Numbered from the stretch's first letter, positions 30,642 to 42,383 are shown. The stretch is DNA of 64,000 nt from the human T2T-CHM13v2.0 reference genome, Homo sapiens (GCF_009914755.1 NC_060942.1), one strand, 5' to 3'. Notes: generated from the sequence alone by a model not told the origin. Translations and numbers: made by a program.

Positions 30642-32918
30642 ATAGTACATAATTTATAATATTGTTGCAAGTAATAAGTAAATCAAGTACTTGTTACCAT
30701 GCCAATGGTATAATAAGTGATCAATAAATGTTAGCTAGTGTTATTAATATAATTGGCACATTCCCAAGAAGCATCTATTTCTACATGTGTATTGTCCTTA
30801 ACATGAACAAATATTTGACTATTTTGATACATAAAAATGTTATTAAAATTTCTCTAAGTGTAGCATTGTGAATGTGAAAGTCAGAACATTTTATATTGAT
30901 CATAAGAGCATTGAAAGGAAGAGTCCAACTGAATCTCCCCTCTTCTCCTCTCCCTTTACTTCTTTTTCTCTCACTTTTTCCTTTTTCTATCATGATCCTT
31001 TTGTATACAGGAGTGACAATGACTTTAAAGAAATACAAGGATAAATGGAGAAGTCACGTTGTAGTGTCCTGGACTGAGATGGTGGGAGGTAATTTGGGAA
31101 AGACTGATAATTATATTAATCCAAACTGGTGACATATAATCACTTAATTGTGTCTAACCAAAGATAGTAATATTCAGATACACACTGCCAAAGCAAAATG
31201 AGTGAGTAAAACAAATGGTATCTTTATTGCTTGGAAATACATATATTAGTTTATTCAGATAATGGTCAACGAGTCATATGTACTAGGCCCTGGGTTAATC
31301 ATGGTGTCACAGTGCTGCAATAAAGACATAATTCCTTTTCTTAGAATGTATCTAGTTACTGGGGAGGATGGTGAGGATTAACTACTAAAAAGAAAAGACA
31401 TTAGAAGAAATAATGTCCAAAACATTTCCAAATTTGGTGAGAATTATAAATTCACAGACGCAAGAACCTCAATGAACTGCAAGTAAAAGAAACAGAAAGC
31501 AAACTACACCAAAGATTTTAAAATAAAATTGCTCAAAACCACTGATAAATCAAAAATCTTAAAAGCAGCCAGGGAGAAAAAAGGCTTGTTAGGAACAGAG
31601 GGCAAAGATGAGGATGACTACAGATATTTCATCATAAATAATGCAAGTGAGAAGATAGTGGAAAGATTTGATACAGATTATATACCAGCAGCTTCACTAT
31701 CCCCCTTTTTGGGCAGAAATCAATTGGCAAGCTGATTCTGACATTTATGTGAAAAATCAGTGAATCCTAAAAAGCTAAAACAACTTCAAAAAGAATAACA
31801 AAGCTCAAGATCTTATACTACCTGATTTCAATATTTATAATAATATCATACTAATTGAAATAATGTGATATTGGCATGAAGTCAAATATAAGAATGTAAC
31901 CCAATAAACAGTGCCAAAAAACACCCATATAATCATGGTTGATCAAGTTTTTGACAAATGTGCCAAGATAAATCAATCAAGAAAAGGATTTTCTTTTCAA
32001 CAAATGATTCTGGAATAATTGGATATTCATATGTTAAAACAATAAACTGATACCTTTAGCTCACAGCACACATAAAATCCACACCCTAACTCAAAGTAAG
32101 TCATATGCATAAGTTTATGAGCTAAACCTAAAAAATCTCTAGAAGAAAACATGAGAAAAAATATATGACCTTTGGTTAGGTAAAGATTTCTTAGATATGA
32201 TGCTATAAACATACTCTACACGCAAACACATACACACAAATTTGACTAATTGAGTTTCATCAAAATTGAGATCTTCTGCTTTTCAAAAGATACCATTAGG
32301 AAAATTAAAGATAAGTCATATACTGGGATAAACTAGCTATAAATCACATATATGGTAAAATACTTATATGCAATATATATAAAGAAGTCTTGAAAATCAA
32401 TAACAAGTAGATGAAAGACACAATTTTAAAATGGATAAAATATTTGAATACACATTTCACCAAAAATATCGTGTCACTTTGGAAACATGTACTTAAAATA
32501 AGATGCAGCAATTTGAAAATTTCTTCATATATTTACCATAAAATACAACAATTCCATTTGTAGGCATTTACCAAGAAAAATGAAAACATGACCACAAAAA
32601 GACTTATACACAAATGTTCATAGCACTATTATTTATTATTGCCAAGAGCTGTAGACCTTCTAAATATACTTCAGTTTGTCAATCGATAAACAAAATGTTG
32701 CATATCCATAAAGTAGTGTACTATAAAAAAAGAGACAAATTACTGATAAATGCAACAAAAATGGATAAATGCAAAATAAGTGAAAGAAACCAAACATAAA
32801 AGGCTGCACATTGTGTGATTCCATGTCCTGGAAGTAGAAACTGGATTTGACTTCAAATGGGCATGAAGGCATTTTTGGGGGGATGGTCAGTTGTAAAATT
32901 AAAGTTGTGGTTGCATAA

Positions 32919-33321
<403 letters not shown>

Positions 33322-33850
33322 AAATTTATGAAACTTTAATAAATATAATTCGGAGAAACAAAAGAGAAAATTAATAAATAGCCTATCATACATCATAGAA
33401 ATTGAATTTGCTGTAAAACCCTTTACATACATACACACACATGTTGTACGCACACAGTTATAACTTCAGTCCTATGTGGTTTCAGGAATGAATTCTACAA
33501 AACATTTAAGGAAGAAATAATACTAACCTAACAACTATTCTTTCAGCATTTTGGCATACAAAGAAGGAACAAACTTTCCAATTTATTTTATGAGTTGACC
33601 AATACTATAAGATATCTAGAAGATGTTAAAAAATCAACAATGAAGGATTAACATTCTTCATGAGCATAAAGACAGACATCATAACAAAATATTAGAAAAA
33701 AAATCCAGCAATATATAAAAGTAAACTTAAAAAGAACAAGAGTGGTATATTGTAGAAATAAAAGGTGTAACATGAGAAAATGAATCCATGTAACATACTA
33801 CATCAGCAGAATAAAAATATCTTATGATCGTATCAATAAATACAGAAAAG

Positions 33851-34117
33851 TCTCTATAATCCCAGCACTTTGGGAGTACGAGGCTGGTGGATCATGAGGT
33901 TAGGAGATTGAGACAATCCTGGCTAACATGGTGAAACCCCATCTCTACTAAAAATGCAAAAACAAAATTAGCCGGGCGTGGTCGTCGGTGCCTGTAGTCC
34001 CAGCTACTTGGGAGGCTGAGGTTGGAGAATGGCCTGAACCCGGGAGACGGAGCTGAGATCGTGCCACTGCACTGCAGCCTGGGCAACAGAGCGAGACTCC
34101 ATTTCAAAAAAAAAAAA
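33851..34117 (+). mobile_element. AluY-like, 5'-truncated, small internal deletion
   Basis: Begins at ...TAATCCCAGCACTTTGGG. TSD AAATACAGAAAAG at 33838-33850 and 34118-34130. Confidence 0.93.
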
Positions 34118-37100
34118 AAATACAGAAAAGCTTTTGACAAAATTTAAGACCTACTCAGAAAAGAGGGAAGGAACTGTGAGATTTTTAGGAAAGGAAGATA
34201 ATTTTCTGAATCAGATAAAGTGTATCTGCAAAAGTCATGCAGCTAATATGATACTTAAGTGAAACATGTATCTCTTTACTCCAACTTTAAGGATGTAAAT
34301 AGGGTAAGCGTGTTTACTCTCACCATGCATGTTCAGAATTGTCCCATAAGTCCTAGCCAGTGCAATAAAGCCAGAAAAATAAACAAAATTTATTAAATCA
34401 AGAAATATAACTTCCCTTATTCATAGACAACATACTCTACATATACATATAAAAATACTACTTGAATCTATAACACCAAAAGTGAATTTAACATCACAGT
34501 GTACAAGATTGACATTCAAATATCAATTTTATTTCTATACATTGTTAGCTAATAATCCAAGAATCAAATTTAAATACTATTTTGAATAGCATAGAAAATA
34601 TCAAAACTTGGGAATAAATGTAACAAACATATCCCAGAGTACTACATCAAACATTTTAAAACATGGCTGACACAAATTCAAGAAGTCCCTCAAAAATGAA
34701 TTCAACTTTATGGATATACCAATTTTGATATTGTGAATGTCTTTCTAAATTAGTACAGAAATTCAATGTCATCCATATAAAAATGGCTGATTCTTTAAAT
34801 TTATTTTATACAGAAATGCAAGAATCTAGAAAGTCCATAACAACCTTGAAAAAGAACAATAAAATTTTAGGATTTATGTATCTGATTTCAAGATCACTGT
34901 AAAGCTACTGAAATCAAAGCAGTTTGTTATTGGTATAAGTGTAACCATACAGGTTAATACGATAAAATATAAAGGCCAGAAATAGGCTCATACATATATG
35001 GTCAATTAACATTTGATCACAGTGCCAAGTCAATTCAATTAGTAAGAGTAATAATGATAAACTGTATAGAAACATCTGGATAGCCATATGAAAAACATTA
35101 GATCCCTGTCTCATTCTATACACAAAAATTAATTATAGTTAGATCATAGATGTGAATGTAAAACCTAGACCATAAAGCTTCTAGAATAAAAGAAAGGAGA
35201 ATGGCTTCTTAAATTTGGAGTAGGCAAAGATTTCTCGGGTAACACTCAAAAACCCTAACCATAAAAGAAAAAAAAAATATATATATATATATATATGACT
35301 TCATCAAATACACCTGACACCATTACAAAAATAAATAGATGGAGCTACCAATAGGGGAAATTACTATTAACAGGCCAAACTTATCTATGGTGATTGAAGT
35401 CTGAGAGTGGTTGTTTCTGAAGGCATGAGGAGTGACTGGAAATGGCATAAGGAAATATTTTGGGGTGATGAAAATGCTCTGTATCTTGTTTTGGATGATA
35501 GTTACTAGGGAATATACAATTATTAAAAGTCATCAGACCAAATATTTGAGACCTATGCCTTTTATTTTATGTTAATTATGCCTCCAGTAAAAAACAATAG
35601 AAAATTTTCCAAACTTTAGAAATTTTATTAAAGTGAAACACTCCTTGACTACATAGAGAACTTAGCAATAAGCCCACAAACAGAAAGGGGAGATTAGTTT
35701 TATAAAATAGAAATTAACTAAATGATTATAGGTTAGGTAGAAAAGTGATCTAGACAATCTACTATGGAGTTAATCGCCTCTTGGCCTAAAAAAGGGAGGG
35801 TCTCCAGAGAAAAGAATTTTCTGCTAAAAAATGCGCATTGATTAAAATTCCTACCAGCAACTCAATCCAGATATTCTTAAAATGCATGATTCATTATTTT
35901 GACATCTAAATGTCATAACTATCTTTGATCCTTTTCCTTGGGGATACCTTGCCTAAATGTGATAGAGTGGTAGAAAGTCACGGAGAGTGGGTGAGCAAGA
36001 ATCTCTTTTTCTGGATCTCTCTATTCCCACACAGAAGATAAACAGGCTTACCTCTGTTCTCACCCCCAGCCTCACTGGGGCTATGAAAATGCTGAACAGA
36101 TTTCTGCCACTGCAGAGTCATTGTTCTCTTTTTTCTTAAATATAGTCCTACTGCTTTACTCATTAATAGGTGGGCCTCAGTGGGGTTGGCAATTCCTGTG
36201 CTCCCCCCTGCCTTTCTTTCTTTCCCCACATAAGCCAATGGACAATTGGATGACATTTCCTTGGCCACAATGGGCTCCTAAGAGATCTTCCAGTTATTTC
36301 TGCTATTTAACTAATCAATCATGTCACCCCATGGTTACTGGAAGTGTGTTGGCTAAAATGATCAGCCGTGTCCCCTGCAATAAAACTCAATGGGAAAGCA
36401 ATAAGAATTCTTCAGTTACAAAAGGAGCCCTATCTCCCCATCACTTCAATCCATCCTTTTAAAACTTGCAGAATAGCTTTATATCTTCCTTTGAGCTTTT
36501 GGTGCTATGCATAGAAAGGAGAGGACATTCCAATATCAGGTTACTATCTAAGGGGTATACTTCATATGTTTTACTGTACAACTTATAATAGCAGTTAGGT
36601 ACAAAATTACTGGAATAAATTACTTGTTAATGATCCCTCTGAAGTTCTTTTTTTGGGGTCTCCATCACAAAATTTACTCTTTTGGTAAACATGAAAACAG
36701 AGGGAAACATCATATCAGTAAATGACCAGGATTCCATTATGTCTGAGACAGTAACTATAATCAGAATTCTAGTCTTCTTTGTGAACTAAGAAATTCTTTC
36801 TACATAAAGATAAATTTAGCAGCATGTAATTTTCCTTCTTATCCACTAAATGTGGGATTGAATTAGAGTTTACCTAGAGAAATCTAATTTGTAGTTTTGA
36901 AAATAAGCAAAAAGCTGTTAGACTGCAATGTTGAAATTCTGATCACATTATATATGCATAAGAAGATAGTATCACGCAACGCTTTATTTACATTTGCTAA
37001 GTGTTTTTTTTTTTTCATCTTGTATAAACTAATGAGTGGTGCTGTTAGGGAATATGTGTATCCCTCTTTGTGTAATGGATTAAGTGTGAGTCCTGTTAAA

Positions 37101-37817
37101 CGCTAGGCCATAAATCAGACTGTGTTCTCTATGGCTAATTAAGGGTTTAAAGGGGAAAAAGGTAAATTCTTGAATGAAGGGCTCTACTCAGAAGGAGAGT
37201 TTGTTATTGCACAAAGAAAGGAGAAAGATAAAGCAGAAAAGAGAGCAACTTAAGAAAGTGAAAAAGAAAACTATGGAAATATTTTTAGCTACTTTATTCT
37301 ATTTTTCCTCAGATTCAAGAACACTTTAGCTGCTAAGGGTCTCGATATATGATGAAAAATTTTATGTTTCAACTAGTGCACTGAAATATACAAACAATAC
37401 AAATTGGCCAGAGATTTAAAAATGAGTCTCAAAGTAGCTCTAATTTATCTTTTTAATGATATGCTTTGACAATATAAATAAAATCACCTAAAGAAAATTT
37501 TTGAAGAAAATGAAAATTTAATTGTCTTTATAGCTACACATATCTTCATAATTAAAATATGCTGAAATCTTAAAGTATTAAACTGTTATAGATTGCAAGT
37601 AAAAACAAAATGATCACAGTTATCCTACTCATGTCGTAGTGGAAGAATCGTCCCAAGTTTAGATAATCTTACTTTCGGATAATATTTTTAAGACTTCTAT
37701 ATGTCCTGAAGTGAAGCTAATTTGTTTATATTCATGGGAAAACTGACTTTAAATAGATATAATGAGGGACTCAAAAAGTTAAGGATATGTAGGAGTAGAA
37801 TAAAAGAGACAAGGTCA

Positions 37818-38124
37818 GGCCGGGCACGGTGGCTCACGCCTGTAATCCCAGCACTTTGGGAGGCCGAGGCAGGCAGATCACGAGGTCAGGAGATCGAGAC
37901 CATCCTGGCTAACAGAGTGAAACCCTGTCTCTACTAAAAATACAAAAAATTAGCCGGGCATGGTGGCGGGGACCTGTAGTCCCAGCTACTTGGGAGGCTG
38001 AGACGAGAGAATGGCGTGAACCCGGACCCGGAGCTTGCAATGAGCCGAGATCGCGCCACTGCCTCCAACCAGGGCAACAGAGTGAGCCTCCGTCTCAAAA
38101 AAAAATAAAAATAAAAAAATAAAA
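37818..38124 (+). mobile_element. AluY
   Basis: Full dimer. TSD AGACAAGGTCA at 37807-37817 and 38125-38135. Confidence 0.96.
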
Positions 38125-40769
38125 AGACAAGGTCAAAATTCATTTGCCCTTAGGAGCATCACTCAGTAATACTTGACTACACATAATGAATAATAGTGAC
38201 ACTTGGCTTTATTTTACTTTACTTTATATCTCCTAAATTGTTCAGTGGACTATAAATAGGACAGGAAAAAATGATACTAAGAGTAAAATGATAAAACTAT
38301 AACTTGATTTGTTGGACGTTTATTGTATTAAAAACAAAAGGGATCATTTTCCTTTATTTCCAATGGTTTATTTTTTATTCAGTAAATATTTATTGCACCT
38401 TAGAGTATGACAGGGAATTTGCTTACTGCTTGAAATTTAGTGAATTGAGCAGTGGACAAAGGAGATAAGGGGCTCACCTTCATGGATTTTCCAGACCAGT
38501 CAGATTCTAAATGATCATTAACAAAAGATGTTTAGAAAAACTAAAATTATTAAATGTTATTATTTGAAAATTCAGAGATTCTAAGCTTATGCATAGTAAA
38601 CAAACTTACTTCAAAAATAAAACCCATGGGGCATGGCCATCAGACCAACAAAGACCTCTTCCATCTCCCCTGCAACCCTGGCTTCCATTCTCTCCCCTCA
38701 TCTTTTATTACTCCTTCCCCACTCCACCTCCTGTTCTGTGTTGTGCCCGCTGGTGGGATTTTGTTGGAGAGGAATGGAAGATGTTTTTATTTAATCCAGA
38801 CTTCCTCACACAACATTCAACAGGCACGTGGATGGTAGCCATGTACACAAGGAGTCTGAATCCGAAGGAATCCCAGCCCCCTATCCCTGCCTGAAACACC
38901 TAAAGTTTCCCATATTTGGTGAACTCTTTGACCAGGATCCATGGCAAAAGCTTGTATCTCCTGAGGGACCACAGATATGAACAAACAACTTCTGTCCTCA
39001 AATCCTTAGGTGTCTCTTCTCTTGCTTTTGGAGCCTCACATTAACTTAGCCCATTTTCCAGTAAACCTCCATTTTGTACGGTAAACCATTTTCCAACACC
39101 TCTATTTTGTCATATGTAAATTAATATTTCTTCCTCTTTGGATTATATACCTATTTCTATTGATTGTTAAGCATGTTGCAATAAACATTACAGGAAATGA
39201 AAAAAATCTGCTGGAATTCTTGAGAGGAGATATGCACAAATGTTTAAGTTGTTGAATTCAGAACTATTAGTAGGAATGGAAATGAAGAAAGCAGTGGAAT
39301 GCAGAGAAGCTGCTGTTACATGCCAATTGAACTCTGGAGGGATCTCCATTACTGTATAATTGGGATGGGGATTCAGAAAAGGGAGGATTTATAGGCAATT
39401 CTAACTGGAGCCTGTTCTCTGAGTTATTCCTCTCTACTCATTTAAAAAAAGAGTTCTTGAAATATATGTGATCTGATATGAATTTAATTGAATGTAAGCA
39501 GTGCTTGGTAGTTGTCATCTATCTAATTTAATATTTTCCTAGTTTTCAATTGTCCTGACTGACCTTTATTGCATTTGTGTTTGAAAAAGCTTTTCTCCAT
39601 TCCTACAAGTGTGAATATTCAAATCCTACCCATTCCTCAAATCCCACCTGAAAACTTCTCTTTACTAAAGCTTTATTTAATCTCCCCAGCAGAGTTATTT
39701 CTCCCATTAATTTTCACAGAAATTTACTTGTACATTTCTTATAATGTATTTCACTTTATGTTGAAAAGCTATTCATATAATTTACCAAATTATAAAACAT
39801 CTGTAATTGATTAATCTATTTCCTGCCCCCTGACACAAAGTAAATGTAGAAGAAAGAAGTCTAACAATGGTCTCTTGGAAATGGTGCTCTGTAAAATATG
39901 TTAATTTGACATAGACTATTCACCAAGTCTTTAACCAGACTTACCTGCTATGGACTATTTATATTCAAGTACCCAAAAGGTGAGGTAGAATCTAAGAGTG
40001 AGTTCATAAGATTGGTTATTTATACTTAGCTCTCTGTCAGAGAATGAATGCATAAACAATAGCTTTTTTTTTAAAACATCAATTTACATCTGCTTAAGTA
40101 GGACAATATATTTTCTCTTAATAACCAGAAATTGGCCTTCCTGTGAAATAACTGAATATGTATGTTTTCCTTTAGCTGGCTCCAAAACTCCTTATTAAGC
40201 ACTATTTCACAGAAAATAACAAATTATATGTTATGTCTGATTGCTTAAAATAGGTATTTCTGAGTAGAAGAAAAAACACTAGAATGAAAATACTTTGAAA
40301 ATATATCAATTACTTTAGCCATAAAGAGAATTCTGGAAAATAAAAGCAGATGTGAACGTGATTCAAATTTAATATATTTGAAATGTAAAGTAAAAATATA
40401 ATACACCTGGATAGAATTATGCAAATTGCATGGATAAAATTTTCCCCTAGGGATAACTTCAGCGTGTTCTCTAAATCCATTTTAAAAAAAGAAAAAGTGC
40501 AGATAATCTTTTGATATTTTCTAAAACTGATGCATAGTCTTTTCTCAGTCTAATGAATTAATAAAACAAATATTCTAAAAGAATTATCATATGCAGCTCT
40601 TTATGATTATGAACTGTCTCTGTTTAATTTTTGGTAATCAAACATTTTTATTACTCCAATCATTTGACAGTGCTCTCAAAGGAATCACCTTACTATAATT
40701 GTTCTCATTCTGAGACATAAATCTCTTCATTAGATGTAAGTGTTCATTTTTTAGACAAGACTATTTTTA

Positions 40770-40990
40770 AACAGGCAGTATAGAATTGAATAAACAACAT
40801 GAGATTAGGGTCAAAAGACTTGAATTATTAAAAATGATTTAGCAAGATATCTTGGATACATTGTCATGTTTTTGAGTTTCATTTCCTCATTTGTACAGTA
40901 GAGGGGAAATATATGTTTAACTGAGCTGTTTTGGGGATCAAACGATATAATGTGTATGAAAAAACACAAAGTACTATTTATATACCATTA
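40770..40990 (+). mobile_element. MIR fragment
   Basis: MIR core TTCATTTCCTCATTTGTACAGTAGAGGGGAAAT...GGATCAAACGATATAATGTGTATGAAA. Confidence 0.6.
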
Positions 40991-41849
40991 ATATCCTATT
41001 CAGGAAATAACTTCAGAAAAATAATCCAGTAGAAGTGACCTTTTTGTTTTCAGATACTCAAGACAAATACACATAATTACTGTGTGGGTCACAGCGTCAT
41101 TTTTTTCTTTGCTTAAATAACTCTACTGACCCAAACAATTCACTAGAGATGTATGAAGTTGGAAAGATTACCATAAACTTTTAAGTCTTAACATATTTTT
41201 TGGTAGTTCGCTAATAAGGATAACAATCCAACACTTCATGTATCCCAGACCTGAAAATTATAATTTAAAAAATACACAAGCGTTAGCTTTTCAGTTTTTT
41301 CCATGTGCATCATGTTTTACTCTACAGAATGTTGACTACACGCTGTTTAAATATAATTAGCCCTACGGTATGGCATCGCGTGGATCCACGGTGACGGCTC
41401 TTTGGTCCTGCATTGTTTGAGATGCTGTAGGTGGTTCAACATTGTGTTAAGTTGCACGTACATTATTAGTTCTGTATCCGAAGACACTGGCTCTGTACCC
41501 TTTCAACAAGGCTCTGGGAGTTCCCCCAGCCAAGCAGAGACAGGGTTAAGGCAGTCCAACAGAGGAGAGTAGTGCGGTGTGTGTGTGAGTGAGTGTGCAC
41601 GCGTGAGCGCACAGGACAGAGGCGTCGAGGTGCGGGGCGGACTCCTACACAAGTTCCAAAGGCCACCGTGTCCGCGGCTTTCGGCCTGAGCGGGACAGCG
41701 GGAAGCGGGTGGAACGGCCTGCACGGAGTGGGCAGCGCCCCAGGAATTTGGGGGCTGAGTTGGAGGGAGAGGGGTCTCGCGAGGGTTTCAGGGCGTGGCT
41801 GGAGTAGGGGGCGCGCGGCGAGTGTGCACGGGTGTGCGCGCGCGAGAGG

Positions 41850-41888
41850 GCGAGTGTGAGCGCGGCGAGTGTGAGCGCGGTGAGTGTG
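41850..41888. repeat. 15-bp tandem repeat GCGAGTGTGAGCGCG x2.6 in core promoter
   Basis: Exact copies at 41850-41864 and 41865-41879, partial copy at 41880-41888, related copy at 41818. Confidence 0.85.
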
Positions 41889-41909
41889 CGGCCGCGTCGC
41901 CATTCCCCG

Positions 41910-41917
41910 TGACGTCA
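41910..41917. promoter_or_regulatory. Full palindromic CRE (TGACGTCA), overlapping an Inr-like TCAG
   Basis: Exact CREB/ATF consensus inside the CpG island. Confidence 0.75.
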
Positions 41918-42156
41918 GAGTGTATTGTTGTGAGCGGGGCCGAGCGGAGCATCCCCGGAGCTGTCACCGCAGCGGCCGCGGCGGTGGCGCAGCGCGAGCC
42001 CCGCACGAGCGAGCCCGGCCGGCGCCGCCCCCGCCCCTGGCCCGGGCCCCGCTGCTGCCGCCGCCCCCGCCCCCGGCCCGCCCGCCGCGCGCCGCCGCCG
42101 CCGCCGTCGCGCGCCCCCACCCACTCCACCCCACCCCCTCGCTCCATCCCTCCCAC

Positions 42157-42200
<44 letters not shown>

Positions 42201-42329
42201 GCCCGCGCGCCTCCCCCCGCGGAGCGAGTGCGGGTCACCGGGTCACTGGGTCATTGTCTCCGCGCCCGAACCCCGAGCACCCCGTGGAATCCCCCACGTC
42301 ATCATCAGAACCATCAATGAGATGCAAAC
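41917..42329 (+). other. ASXL3: ASXL3 exon 1 5' UTR (TSS approximate)
   Basis: C-rich leader upstream of the ATG. The TSS is inferred from the Inr-like TCAG and my recollection of a roughly 0.4-kb annotated leader; it cannot be fixed from sequence alone. Confidence 0.6.
42157..42195 (+). repeat. (CCG)13 pure trinucleotide repeat in 5' UTR, followed by CCA CCG CCC; second (GCC)5 at 42091-42105
   Basis: Directly counted. Confidence 0.98.
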
Positions 42330-42383
42330 ATGAAAGACAAGAGGAAGAAGAAGGACCGCACCTGGGCCGAGGCTGCCCGCCTG
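42330..42383 (+). CDS. ASXL3: ASXL3 (additional sex combs-like 3, Polycomb PR-DUB scaffold) first coding exon, 18 codons, start of the ASXN/HARE-HTH domain
   Basis: ATG in context AAACATGA. Translates MKDKRKKKDRTWAEAARL, the ASXL3 N-terminus (ASXL1 is MKDKQKKKKERTWAEAARL). Ends at phase-0 donor CTG|GTACGT. Confidence 0.95.

Noticed and set aside
41379-41390. 12-bp perfect palindrome CGTGGATCCACG
   Set aside because: A 12-bp palindrome is expected many times by chance in 64 kb, and no factor could be assigned.
41934-42329. CUG-initiated poly-Ala N-terminal extension of ASXL3
   Set aside because: The in-frame TGA at 42318-42320 blocks fusion to the main ORF.
42240-42333. Calicivirus-type TURBS or a -1 frameshift site linking the uORF to ASXL3
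   Set aside because: There is no exact TGGGA core upstream (only TGGGT and TGGAA) and no X XXY YYZ slippery heptamer before the stop.
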